From Octopus vulgaris (lineage: Eukaryota): a stretch of DNA of 64,000 bases. Under the pieces are notes generated by a model, which did not search any database, was not told the DNA's origin, and saw nothing but the letters and a program-made list of their open reading frames with translations. The position numbers and the translations under genes are program-made. Location of the stretch: NCBI GenBank assembly GCA_951406725.2, contig OX597816.1, positions 74,648,001 through 74,712,000 of the forward strand, in the 5' to 3' direction. This document shows, in pieces, positions 1 through 13,070 of this stretch (the first letter of the stretch is position 1; each line of letters starts with the position of its first letter).

Positions 1-267
<267 letters not shown>

Positions 268-268
268 T

Positions 269-447
269 GCGCAGGCGTAGGTGAGTGGCATAGGTGTTGC
301 TGTCATAAGAAGTTTGCCTCCCAACCACATAGTTCCACGTTCAGTCCCACTGCATAGCACCTTGGACATGTGTCTTCTATTTAGCTTCGGAACGATCAAA
401 GCATTGTGAGTGGATTTGGTAGACGAAAACTTAAAGGAGCTTGTCGT
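269..447 (+). mobile_element. SINE family A (tRNA-derived), 5' half
   Basis: gcgcagg..agaagtttgcctcccaaccac..gttcagtcccactgc..gtgagtggatttggtagacg, shared with many copies in the window. Confidence 0.8.
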
Positions 448-459
448 GTGTGTGCGTGC

Positions 460-490
<31 letters not shown>

Positions 491-1261
491 TCCATTCAAA
501 GCTTTTCTTGAAAGTCTTCGCACTTTATACTAAATAATAAAATATCAGCATTTTGAGTACTTTTATTGGAAGTTATTATAAAACTGAAAGTTCCATAACG
601 ATTTCCTTATTTCCCGTTGTTACTTATCTGTTGGTCCTATTTCTTTTCTTACTTCACGCTTTCCCTGTTTGCTAGTCAAGGCAATATGATATGCACCTCA
701 TCTTTCCACTCATTTTCATTTTTCTTCGATTTTACTCGTTTATTTGTTTAACGGTCACTTACGTATATTCATCTCCTTACTGTGGAAGCAAACACATTGC
801 TACAAGAAACATTCCAGAAGTTTGGGGACTTTTTCAGAAAAGACATTTATTAATTTCACAGCAGTATAAAACTCTAATATCTTTTAAAGTAGGATCTTCT
901 GACTTCAATGCACTTGTTGTAACGCTCCCTGCCACTTTCTGAAAGCCCCATGGAAGTCCTCCAAAATGAAGATGTCCGGGACTATTGTCACATCCTCCTT
1001 CATCTTTAAAACGTCTGTCCTTGATGTTCTACTTCAGTTTGGTGAACAACCAACTGTCAAGGGGTAAGGGACAGTTTTGACGCCCATCTCTGTTAAGTTG
1101 GAACATACTTTGCACAAATTTTGCGCATGTTCTTCGTGTGCAGATCTTCATGTTCCAACTCCAAACTCCAAACTGTATGCTTATTGCTTTTACAGACATA
1201 CAACAGTTGTCGTCCATAAAACTTCGAATTTTTCAACCAGCTCTAATGTTCTAACATCCCC

Positions 1262-1323
<62 letters not shown>

Positions 1324-1467
1324 CTCCTACACTTCTCACCATCTTACACCTCCTCTCTACCGTCATTGAATCTCTTGCACCATGGAAAAGGTTAATCCAT
1401 AAGCATTCTGGAGCATATCTCAAGTTTCGGTAGCGTTTTTGTCCAGTTTAATACAAAATATTGTTGC

Positions 1468-1719
1468 TGTTGTGTGGACGCCCCCAGACGATGAAGTTGG
1501 CTAGCCCAATACGTAGATATAGAGGGGGAAGTCTAGACGCCGTCAGAGTAGCGGTAAGAGTGGAGTAGAGTTGAGTAGTAGAGGCATCCGAACGTGCGAC
1601 ATAACAGTTGCATAGCGTGATTCCAGACGTCCCGTCTGCATTCTGTAAACTAGTCACCTGTGATAAACAGCGTTTAATAGGGTGTGTTCAAAGACCGTCT
1701 TCTTCAAACTGGAATAACA
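1468..1719. mobile_element. Possible solo LTR
   Basis: GC-richer island beginning TGTT and ending AACA within decayed mariner-like sequence; no TSD found. Confidence 0.3.
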
Positions 1720-1832
1720 AAAGTTGGCAGGTCAGCTTATAAGACGTATGGTAATGATATACTAACATTACAATAATCTAAAACAGTTATAACTGCTTCA
1801 CCTAAAAAAGTCTCAATACTTTTTTGGAATGC

Positions 1833-2130
1833 GTGGAGGCGCAATGGCCCAGTGGTTAGGGCAGTGAACTCGCGGTCGGAGGATCGCGGTTTCGATTCCC
1901 AGATCGGGCGTTGTGTGTGTTTATTGAGCGAAAACACCTAAAAGCTCCAAGAGGCTCCGGCAGGGGGTGGTGGTGACCCCTGTTGTACTCTTTCGCCCCA
2001 ACTTTCTCTCACTCTTTCTTCTTGTTTCTTGAGTAACGCTGCGATGGACTGGCGCCCCGTCCAGCTGAGGGGAACACATACGCCACAGAAACCGGGAAAC
2101 CGGGCCCATGAGCCTGGCCAGGCTTGAAAA
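1833..2130 (+). mobile_element. SINE family C (tRNA-derived)
   Basis: A box tggcccagtggtt, B box-like gtttcgattccc; homologous to 53920-54190, 59221-59515, 63762-63945. Confidence 0.85.
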
Positions 2131-5100
2131 GGGAGAGAAAAAAACCTTTTGGAATGCCGCTTATAATCATTATATGTTGGTTTTCTTTTGGCAGAAGAAT
2201 CCATTCAGAGAAGTTTTTGTAAAATTCTAAGTATGAAGATTCATTGCTCTGTCTTTCTATCAAATCCAAGCGAGTTAGTAGGTATCAAAAAACGTGATTG
2301 CCGAGATAAGTTAGATAAAAGGTGTGATGTTTCCAATACAAGTGTTTCAATGATGTGGTGAAGTGATGGCCGGTGGTATTGAAAATGAAATGAAAAACTT
2401 CAAAATGATTTCATAACAAGACGTTCACAGTGAATGAGAGATGTGGGGAGTGAGGCGTAAGGAAAACCTAGAGAGGTAACTTACATGAGAAACTGACACG
2501 TGACGGGATTAATTAGGGAGAGGGGTTTACAGTGTATTAGGAAGCAAGAGAAAGGGTTGGCAATGTGGAGTAATTTAACTAGCTCAGTTACAGAGAAATA
2601 GAAAGGCATGTGAAGTTAGGTGCTAGGATGGAATGGGGTGGGGTCAAGATCAGAGGAATTGAAGACGAGTTTTCAAACTAGCAGGTGCTCGTTGTTTCTT
2701 GTTGGAAAATGGACCATTTTTCACTGAGTCAGCAAGTCGCCACTATAGTGTTTGTTAACTCCAAAGATAGGAGTGTGGGATGGGATGATGACTAGAGAAT
2801 GAACTGGAAATAGCGGATCACAAATGTCAAAATGTCAGGTGCGCTATTGCAAACATCTAACACAGGTACACGTAAGGGATCACTCGGAGGGTAACCGGTC
2901 GCAACGATATATGGCGACACGCAAGGCATAAATCTGCTTTTGCAGATTAGAAGTACGGTGGGAATGGACAGTGGACTTGGGGATCATGTAGTTACCGCAT
3001 TGGAGATGAAGGAGTAGGGTTGCATCGGGTGCATGAGCAAGCGGAAGTTCCGGTCTGGTTTGTTTGAAGATAACGATCTTCATCAAGATGTCACAAAAAT
3101 TTCCAAGGTGTCCCTGATGTTTGTCCTTATTAAACACTTATATTCTTTTAGTTTTGAATTTACCATGTATATCAAAGGATTAATGTGCGCGTGAATGTTA
3201 CGCGTGTGTATACCTTTGTCTGTACGTGTGTGTGTGTGTGTGTGTGTATTTATGAATGTAGCGTGAATAATAGATTGTGTACATGTCTTCTTAGTTGGCA
3301 AAGTTTTACAGATTATTCGTCGTTTATGAAACTTGAGTCACCTTATCATGCTAGTAAAACAATTGACGAATAAACTAACTGGTTTTTTAATATTTACCCC
3401 GCCAAAACTACTTCTTTTTTTATCGTTTAATATTCGAGATGGGAGTGGGGCTAAAGATAACAAACAAAGAATTAACAACGCTAGAAAGATAATGATATCG
3501 CAAAAAATATATTAATCATAAACAGTATACGTTCATGAGGCGTGTGTAACAAATATGCGTATACATGCGCGCATATGTCCGTAGATGTGAGTGTGTGTGT
3601 GTGCTCATTTACGTAGACATGTATATGTGTGCCTTCTGAGCGCTTTGAGAGATGTAAACTTAGGTTACGATCATTAGCTTAGTTTTTTTTTCTTCTTCAC
3701 CTTCTTCCAACCGCTGGCTGCTCGCCTAACAGAATACATTCCACGGAGTTCATTCTAATTAGCTGTCGTCTAAGATTTGTCGGGGAAGAGTTTCCTATTT
3801 CTTTACTGGCAATGCCGAGAATACCTGCTACGTATATCCGTTAGTGGACCAAGATTAATGATCTGTACTGGTATCGAACCAAAACGGTTGTCTCAACGCG
3901 GTCCCTTACCATCCAAGATATAGAATCCAAATTTCTTCAAAAAATGTTATCCAACAATACACACACACACACATACATATACACACAAAACGCATACACA
4001 TACATATGACGTGTGTGTATGCATACAATCCAAGGAAAGCTTTTAAAATCACTGTCACACCTCGTAAACGTTTAACAAACGTGTTCTCTGAAAAATATAT
4101 AGAGTAACTCTTCAGCTTTTAAGATAAATTGTTTTTAATATAACTTGGCATAAACACAAACGTTAATATACACACACTTGCATGTATGCGATTTTCTTTG
4201 AGTTTTATTTAAGTTTTTTTTTTTAGAGAGTTCAAGCTGGTCGCTAACTAAGAGACTGTATGAATGTATTTATGTATGTATGTATGTATGTATGTATGTA
4301 TGTATGTATGTATGTATGTATGTATGTATGGCATGTATGTATGTATGGTATGTATGTATGTATGTATGTATGTATGTATGTATGTATGTATGTATGTATG
4401 TATCATTGTATGTATGTGACCATCAATCACGCAAAACCGCAGTTTTACATCAGTGTCCCTCTTCTTGAAGGATACTGTGACAACAGCTATGAGACCCTCA
4501 CTCCAGTGGCTTTATTGCATGCTCTGGCATTAACTAAAGGTAATTCTAGGTGTCCGCGCCCAGATGAAACGTCATCACATATGCTAGTTAACCTATAGCC
4601 GGAAACCTGATCGGTGCTACTACTCCGCGTCAGAGTAGTCCCTGAGCAATAGTGGCTAAGAGGTGGATCCACACTCCTCAAAATGCTGCAACTCACGAAC
4701 TAGAGTCCCTCCACTGGATGCATTTTAAAGTCACTAACTTTCGGCCGGCCATTAGATACTAAGCACGAGGGGTCAGAGAGTGGTATTTGTGTTGTACAAG
4801 CAATTATCATTATAATACAATGCCGTACACATATCTCCTTATGGCGACTTCATTTGTCATTTCAAGTACTGAAAGTCTTATGGCGATGAAAAAGTGGCTA
4901 CGTGTGAAGGACTAACCTGTTGTAAGCGAGCAATAAGTTACAGCTTTCCTTTGTCGCCTTCAAACAATGCAGATTTACAACGGGACAGAATAGCCATCTG
5001 AGATGTCATGGAAAGAAAGTCAGAAATGCCACTGACAACTAGGAAGCACAAGGAGACGGCGAAGACGGAGCATTCACCATGTATATATGTATGTACGTAC

Positions 5101-5198
5101 GTATGTATGTATGTATGTATGTATGTATGTATGTATGTATGTATGTATGTATGTATGTATGTATGTATGTATGTATGTATGTATGTATGTATGTATGT

Positions 5199-5678
5199 CA
5201 TTATTCAGTTTATTTCAAGAATTATTGCCAATAGAGAAATAGCCGTTTTCTGACCTAGATCCAAGGCTCCTTCATTGGAATTTCAACATCAGCAACAGGG
5301 TATTTTTGTTTGTATGTATGTATGTATGTATGTATGTATGTATTTGCAGATTTGTATGTTTTATGTATGTATTCCCACGCATATAGTTGCATATCTAGAC
5401 ATGCTCATATATATTTAAATGATAAACTTCTGGAACGTTCTACAGATTTTTACATTTCCAGTAATGGATTGGATCTGTAGATCCAAATTAGCTTTCTCCA
5501 TTCTGGTTTTGAGTAGCCTAATTTCTCAAGATTGGTATTTATGCAGTGTGTTACATATCCCAGGGCCCCAATAACGGCATGGGTGTTCTCTTTCTCACTG
5601 ATCTTCAGCTTTATGTTAACATCCGCTGGGCAGCTAATTTCCACAACTGTATACAATTTCTCTTCTCTATCCCAAATC

Positions 5679-5680
<2 letters not shown>
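5199..5680 (-). mobile_element. 3' fragment of R4/Dong-like (RLE-type) non-LTR retrotransposon within (TATG)n
   Basis: MIWDREEKLYTVVEISCPADVNI..KE..VIGALG matches the restriction-like endonuclease C-terminus; microsatellite on both sides. Confidence 0.75.
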
Positions 5681-5709
<29 letters not shown>

Positions 5710-6149
5710 TGTATGTATGTATGTATGTATGTATGTATGTATGTATGTATGTATGTATGTATGTATGTATGTATGTATGTATGTAGCAGAATGTAAGATG
5801 ATTCCATTAGCTGTAAAAAAAAGTAGGAGACAACTATACGTGTGAAGTAAGAATAAACCAAGAGATAAGTCAGTTTAAAGCAGGCTTAAATTCACTAAAG
5901 TCTACTGACAATGTATATGTAGCATCAGTAACAATATACCAGGGAATCTTGAAATTATTAGCGTTTGAAAACAAAGGGCGGTATGATAATGACTGAAACA
6001 CCTTTGATGAACGATCTGCTCTATCGGGAATTAACTAACAACAGGAAGGAACAGACTAAAATACATTGGTAAGAAATATATGATAATTATAACTCATGAA
6101 CAACTGAAAACTGAATAAGTTTGTTGTAGGAATACGCTACAGAAAAGAG

Positions 6150-6480
6150 TACAACATTGGACTACTATAACATCTGCTACTTCAAGGCGGACATCTTAGA
6201 CTACATCCAAAATAAGGTCATCCGATTGATTTACAAGAAGTCACTCGCTAAAACACGCCATTCTCATTCTTCACTCTAATTTTTATGTGGTTTCTACTGT
6301 TGCCCTCTACTCCTCAGAGCTGACTGATCTCGTGTCATCACATCCAGGTTCCTCAGACTCACTTGTTTCACTCCTTCTCTTATCACTCATATTGTGTCAA
6401 CCTCCAGGTCTGCGCAAATCACTTTTCCGTGTCTTTTCTTCTCCTTAATGTGCTCACGTAAGAACATCGGTGTCACAAAC
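6150..6480 (+). mobile_element. Decayed CR1/L2-type LINE 3' remnant
   Basis: Translates LDYIQNKVIRLI, resembling the LDRIQKKAIRLI motif. Confidence 0.45.
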
Positions 6481-6854
6481 AGCTTGTGGAGCTTATTTTA
6501 AAATAATTAATACCGACAGAAGCAGTATTAATACCAAAATGTAATACTTATCTCCACTAATATCGTAAGTAACTTTGACTATGTTAGATTGTCAGGGTTA
6601 TATATTTCTTTAGCCAGAGACAAAAGCAATATAATATACTGAGGCCCTAGATCTTAAGCACTTTTAACGTTGATTGCTTAAAACTTAAGCGAATGTGATA
6701 TATGTCTTTGAAACTTTAGATCTTAAACCACTGTGACAAATCCCTCAGGGGCCTACTTTTTAAAGCAGCAGTAGCATTATCAAATGACTATGATGACTAT
6801 CAGACTTAACAACTTAAGCAACTGTAATAAGTGATCCTGACCCTAAGATCTTAA

Positions 6855-7487
6855 CCCCTTACCCGGCAGAAACGAATATATGCGTTTTGACCGAAATCGT
6901 TTTTTTCTATCTCTGGCGAGTTAACTCGTCAAAAGATAGACTCGCCAAAATCGACAGCAAACGAGTTCCTTTGTCTATTATAAACTCTTTTTTGACATAT
7001 ACGAGTATATTCGCTCACTTTATACGTCTGGCAGTGACGATTTCTGCCACCTTTCGCTTGAGTAAGGTATTGAAGACCGAGTATGATTTAGTCACCTGGA
7101 GACAGTCGAAGGGTTGGAAGGCACATTTTATGAATAGAAGTATTCACTTTGTTTTTACGTTGTTTTTTTTATACCTTTATATTATAACCCCACCATGTCG
7201 AGCTCTGATGATGATAGCGATTATGAAGCTTCTCTTGGAGGGTTGGATACATCTGATGAGAGTGAAAGTTCGTCAGAAGAGTTTTATTCAAGTGAAGAAA
7301 CTGAAGATGAGGATGAGGTAGATGCAAGAGACTGGCACCGACTTAGATTAGGAGATGATATGGCTCCGCCCCCTTCACGCTTTGAAATATACCTCGAAAT
7401 CACCATTCAAAACATAGTAAAATAAAACAATTAAAAAATATGTCTGAAAAAATACATTTATTTTCAAAATAATTGTTGGGTAAGGGG
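6855..7487 (+). mobile_element. Non-autonomous piggyBac derivative retaining the acidic transposase N-terminus
   Basis: TTAA TSDs at 6851-6854 and 7488-7491; TIR CCCCTTACCC/GGGTAAGGGG; ORF 7195-7425 MSSSDDDSDYEAS..EETEDEDE. Confidence 0.85.
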
Positions 7488-7525
7488 TTAAGCATCTGTA
7501 GAAAATTATTAAAATAGAGACGATA

Positions 7526-7736
7526 GAGGGTACTGAGAAGTTCCTGGCTTTGTGTAAAAGAAAATACAGGAGGATCAGTTAATTATAATTCTATTCAACA
7601 TATTTCTCTCTCAGATTCACAGACTTATTGCAGCGGTCCTTCAACTCTTCTAAGCCTTGTACATGAAATCGGAAGAGTGGGCCTCCAGCCAGGCCTTTTA
7701 CGATACATCTTAAAGCCAGGAACTTTTCAGCACCAT
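7526..7736. mobile_element. Mariner-like MITE
   Basis: TIRs ggtactgagaagttcctggcttt / aaagccaggaacttttcagcacc. Confidence 0.7.
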
Positions 7737-7789
7737 TTAGTAGTCGTTGCTTTTAGTAAAAGAAAGATGAAATAATATATTGTTGTTTT

Positions 7790-7951
7790 ACTCTTTTACT
7801 TGTTTCAGTCATTTGACTATGGCCATGCTGGAGCACCGCCTTTAGTCGAGCAAATCGACCCCAGGCCTAGTACTTTTTCTATCGGTCTCTTTTGCCGAAC
7901 CGCTAAGTTACGGGGACGTAAACACGCCAGCATCGGTTGTCAAGCGATGTT

Positions 7952-8004
<53 letters not shown>

Positions 8005-8177
8005 CATATATATGACAGGCTTCTTTCCGTTTCCGTCTACCAAATCCACTCACAAGGTTTTGGTCGGCTCGAGGCTATAGTAGAAGACACTTGCCCAAGG
8101 TGCCACGCAGTGGGGCTAAACCCGGAACCATGTGGTTGGTAAGCAACCTACTTACCACACAGCCACTCCTGCGCCTA
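7790..8177 (-). mobile_element. SINE family A, near full length with central microsatellite
   Basis: tRNA-like head at 8177 end, (CA)/(TA) centre, tail ttttacttgtttcagtc. Confidence 0.9.
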
Positions 8178-9657
8178 TGTGATCATTATTATTGTTTAGA
8201 GCTAAGTCAACATTGATTGATCACACTAATGATAGAACACATTCCCAACAGATGAATATCCTGTATTTTTGTCTTTAGTTTTTAGCATTGCGATTCCAGA
8301 GAGCTTCATCATTCGATGTATCTCTATCTCTTCAAGAAATTCAGATGTTATTGAAGAAAGATTTCGATACTAATTTTGGTTTGATTGGTAAAAGAAAGAA
8401 AAAAAAACAAACGTGTAAATTACATACTTCGTCCAAGAATCATTTACGGTGTTTGTGGTAAATATTTATGGTAGCTGGTTGAATGGGAAGCAAATCATGA
8501 ATAAACACGGTCGTGTTAGCCAATCTCTTGTGAATATATTACATTATGACATCATGTTTCCGTGAAGGAAATGTAGTTTTCAAAAATATAATTTCACGAG
8601 AAATCTAATCACTGTTATAGTTTACTAAAAATAAAAAATTAGTAATTAGTAATTAATATGTAATGAGTAGCATTTACGAAGTGTGATGAAGTACAAGGGA
8701 ATTTTCATCCTACTTTTAGTTGAAAGCCAACGAGGGAACGTTACGCGATGGACGGACTTGCTTGAAGTAGTTTTAAATATACAGTATTATTTGTAAAATA
8801 CACAAGGCGATTGGACTTGGACGCCTTTAGTCAAATGGATCAGATTTGACTCTAGGATAAAGAACGATATCAATAACTCCACTTTTGGTAGACTTTTAGA
8901 GTTCCGTTTTCCTGATCTATAGCCAAGATAAATTATTCGTTAATTTGTGGTATTTAACAACGCCTCTTTAAGTTCTCAGTTCAAATCGTAGCAAGGTCGA
9001 CTCGCATTTACAGTTTCCAGAGTTGATAAAGCAAAAAAAAAAAAAAAAAGGTTTATATTGATCATCAATTAAGGTAACTACATACTTTCCGCCAACAAGT
9101 TAGTTATTGCAAATAAGGTGTCGAAAATCTCAACCGTCCAATTATACAAGAATCTCAAGCTCAGTTTCTCTGAACGAATCTTCATTTTCAATATTCTAAC
9201 ATTCCGACATTCCTTCCTAATAAATAAGATATTTCTATGGCTATGATATGTAAGATATTTCGAGATAGGCTTTAAATAAGATCTGTTACGTACGAAAATC
9301 CACCTGGAATTTAACTTAATTCTCAACATAGATTGAGACGTATCATGTTAAGCATAAATTTGAAACTACGAGTAAAGCTAAGGGAATCACCTAGGTAAAC
9401 ATATACGATTTCTTTCAACGAGTAACAAGACCGATTCCTCTTCGAGGTGTGAATATGGTCGTACGAACTGGCCTAACCTTATTACGTAGCAATTAATAAC
9501 TTTACAGATATTTAAAGGCTGGAGAAAATAAAATGGAACCTTATGTGAGTAAAAACCATCAGTTTTGCAGGAAGACGCCTAGTGTTTGTTCTCAGTCTTA
9601 ATAAGAACTCCACCTAAATATTGGCGTATCATGCTTATACATGAGGGTACACACATA

Positions 9658-9722
<65 letters not shown>

Positions 9723-9817
9723 ATATGCGCGGTGGAATGTATGGGGGATGAAAATGTATCTGTAGTATGTGTTCTAACATATCTATCGACATACGTATAT
9801 ATACATATATATATATG

Positions 9818-9819
<2 letters not shown>

Positions 9820-9878
<59 letters not shown>

Positions 9879-10185
9879 GGCTGCCCCTCGTTATCGAGTA
9901 TGGCCTTGCACGAAGCTTAACTGTTACTGGTGCTGTGATCGAATGTGACTTTTTAGCCCAGCTAAAGATCTACAATGTCTTGTACAGAATTGGCAACTAA
10001 TACCTTTATCGGTAATAGCCGGCTGTAGTTGGAACTGGGCTTCATGTACCTTTGCATGTCGTTTAAGTCCTCCTGCCGAATTACACTCTCTTCCACATGC
10101 CCGACAGATATGATTAGTATGGTGTGTTACAACACCACCAGTGGCTAGGTTGTCACTCATCTGTCTCGAGACAGATGAGCGAGCG
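9820..10185 (-). mobile_element. RTE-clade LINE 3' end with two C2H2-like motifs and (TAA)n tail
   Basis: CRACGRECNSAGGLKRHAKVH and [22 protein letters not shown], then short 3' UTR and (TAA)n. Confidence 0.65.
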
Positions 10186-10785
10186 ATATATATATATATA
10201 TACATACATATACACACACACATATATATATATACACACACACATATGCATGTAAGTATGTATGTATGTATGTATGTATGTATGTATGTATGTATGTATG
10301 TATGTATGTATGTATGTATAAGGTATGTATAAAAAGAAATCGAACTTTTAAACTAGCGCGGTTTTGAGGCTGTATTTCGGTTACCTTGACATTCAGTCAA
10401 ATAACAGCCACTATATGCAACATATTTAATTTCTGTTTCAAATCAGGGAAAGGTTTTACAAACACTTTTTTAATGTGGCAGCAGATATATAATGTACGTT
10501 GCCTGATCCGTACACAATTTCACGAACGATACCAGAGTTTCAAACTAAGATGAATACGCACCAAAGACAATCCCGAATCGGATTGTCTTTCACAACAGAT
10601 GACAAACGCGTTATGAAAATGCATACTGCGATCCATCAACAATCTCATTTGTCTGTCCATGAAATTTTTTTAAGAAGTAAGCATCAAGAAAAGTTCCTGG
10701 TACATGATTTTTAGAGAAAAAAAACAGAAGATTCTATTACTGCAAAATCTGTATCAAACCTACTGACCATTGGCGTGAGTCCACG

Positions 10786-10786
<1 letters not shown>

Positions 10787-10825
<39 letters not shown>

Positions 10826-10925
10826 GAAGAAGAAGAAGAAGAAGAAGAAGAAGAAGAAGAAGAAGAAGAAGAAGAAGAAGAAGAAGAAGAAGAAGAAGAA
10901 GAAGAAGACGATGACGACGACGATT
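10787..10925. repeat. (TTA)n-(GAA)n-(GAC)n compound microsatellite
   Basis: Direct. Confidence 0.95.
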
Positions 10926-10962
10926 ACAACTGGAATGATATTTTGATATTAATGAAATTAAT

Positions 10963-11125
10963 AGGCCGTGAGCTGGCAGAATTGTTAAGCATGCCGAACT
11001 AGATGCTTAGCGGCATTTCTTCCGTCTTTATGTTCTGAGTTCAAATTCCGCCGAAGTCGACTTTGCTTTTCATCCCTTCGCCATACGATAAAATAGGCAC
11101 CAGCAGAGCATTGGAGTCGATGTAA
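10963..11125 (+). mobile_element. SINE family B (tRNA-derived)
   Basis: gagctggcagaattgtt..gagttcaaattccgccgaagtcgactttgc. Confidence 0.8.
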
Positions 11126-11147
11126 ACTATGTACCTCTTAATGAAAT

Positions 11148-11378
11148 ATTTATTTCTTTATTGCTCACGGGCGGTTAAACATAGAGGGGACAAACAAGGA
11201 CAAAGGGATTAAGTCGATTACATCGACCCCAGTGCGTAACTGGTACTTATTTAATCGACCCCGAAAGGATGAAAGGCAAAGTCCACCTCAGCGGAATTTG
11301 AACTCAGAACGTAATGGCAGACGAAATATCGCTAAGCATTTTGCCCGGCGTGCTAACGTTTCTGCCAGCTCACCGCCC
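11148..11378 (-). mobile_element. SINE family B, full length
   Basis: Reverse complement of family consensus incl. gaatttgaactcagaac and gggattaagtcgattacatcgacc. Confidence 0.9.
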
Positions 11379-12245
11379 TTCTTAATGAATTATTAGTGCT
11401 ATCAAATTAATCCATTTGCTGGTATATTTCCTTTCCCGTCATTCTCTTTATTTTACATAGAATTATCCTCGATGAGCTCATACACTCCTGTCTACGTGAA
11501 TTGTGCATCCAAAATTTTATGGCTTCCTCCTCCTGAGGAGATTCCGCTTCTTTATTAAAGCCGTCAGTATTTTTACATTGCATTTTGTTTAATACCGCCT
11601 GCTGTTATCTCCATTCACGATTATTTATTTTTTCGGTTGATGGTTGTTTATACTGTCATACAACTGACTGATTACCGTTTTGTTTGACATATCCAACAAC
11701 ATGTAACTTTTGGTTAATTGTGTGCCTGCCTTCACTGCTTATTTGTCATTGTAGAAGAGTTACAGAGGGGTATTATTGGCAGGCAGCTGGATAACTAAAC
11801 CGACAGATAACCAATGGCGTCTGTTTCGGTGGTATTTTTACTGTTTACAAATGGCGTGTGAGGCTTCATCATCGATGATTTATATAAAACCAAACGAAGA
11901 AAATTAGGCACAATGGTATTCTGCTGTCGATGTCAGTAAAACCTTCTGAACTTTTTACTATTATTTAGTTACTATTAAGACAATGAAATAAATAAATAAA
12001 TAACTAAATAAATAAATAAATATAATGATCATAATACTGGGAGTTATTTATGACATATAAATCGTAACTGTAGTCTCATATTACGAGACTGGAGTTCTCG
12101 TGAAGACTGCTCCCTGCTGTCAAACTTTAATCTGCAAAACTTTAATCTGACAAAACACAGGTTCAAGTAGGTTTTATTTATTTATTCGCTTTTCTTTTTG
12201 CTGTTATTGGTTGGATTTTTAATGAAAAAGTACATCGTATGACCC

Positions 12246-12292
<47 letters not shown>

Positions 12293-12304
12293 TATTTTTA
12301 CTTC

Positions 12305-12452
12305 TGCGCTCTTTTGAAGCCTAGCCAGCCCATTGGGCCTCGGTTTCTGTGGCGTATGTGTTCCCCCAGCTGGACGGGACGCCAGTCCATTGCAGCGTTA
12401 CTCAAAAAACAGGAAGAAAGAGTGAGAGAAAGTTGGGGCGAAAGAGTACAAC
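12305..12452 (-). mobile_element. SINE family C, 3' fragment
   Basis: Reverse complement of ~1983-2130. Confidence 0.8.
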
Positions 12453-12454
12453 TA

Positions 12455-12843
12455 TTTTATACACACGCTTCCCGTACGTATACGGAAAGCGTGTGTATAA
12501 AATTATAGAATTATTTTGTTTGTTAATTGTTTAAATTATTTTCCATTGCTTTAGTTTTTTTTACACGCGTTACAATTAAGAAAAAAAAAATTAGGGTTAG
12601 GGTTAGGGTTAGTTACAGGATGTTGTCTCAGTTTTAGACGCAGCAAATGATTTTAGCTCAAAAGAGAGCATAGGATTGGTTAAAATTCGAAAAATTAAAC
12701 TATATTAAACAAACAAATTACAATTTTCTCAAGAAAGCCAAGAGAAAAAAAATGTTTTATTTTGACACATTCTACCAGAATACGAAGTTTTAAAGTGTTT
12801 AGTTAACTAGAAATTGTCTGCCGTTCAAAAGGAAAAGATCCGG
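12455..12843. mobile_element. TTAGGG-containing MITE-like element related to 13801-14244, with terminal hairpin
   Basis: Shares tgccgttcaaa..gaaaagatcc end and internal motifs; palindrome at 12455-12502. Confidence 0.6.
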
Positions 12844-12885
12844 GTTAGGGAATAACGGTTCAACATGATGAAATAGCCAGAAGAA

Positions 12886-12918
<33 letters not shown>

Positions 12919-12921
<3 letters not shown>

Positions 12922-13070
12922 GCGCAGGCGTGACTTTGTGTGGTAAGAAGTTTGCTTCCCAACCACATGACTCTAGGTTCAGTCCCACTGCGTGGCCCCT
13001 TGGACAGGTTTCTTCTACTATAGCCTAGGGCCGACAAAACCCTTGTAAGTGGATTTGGCAGGCGCAAACT
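12919..13070 (+). mobile_element. SINE family A, 5' half
   Basis: taggcgcaggcgtgactttgtgtggtaagaag..ggttcagtcccactgcg. Confidence 0.85.

Noticed and set aside
1833-1910. tRNA gene
   Set aside because: tRNA-like head continues into a repeated SINE body; acceptor stem not convincing
7254-7275. CTGATGAG..GAAA hammerhead-like string
   Set aside because: No helix II possible; part of the Ser/Asp/Glu codons of the piggyBac ORF
9924-10241. C2H2 zinc-finger host gene
   Set aside because: No splice signals seen; short 3' UTR plus (TAA)n tail fits an RTE LINE end
10775-11002. Poly-Leu/poly-Glu ORF
   Set aside because: Translation of (TTA)n(GAA)n microsatellite running into a SINE
12591-12612. True telomere or chromosome-fusion relic
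   Set aside because: Only a few TTAGGG units, and they lie inside a MITE-like family
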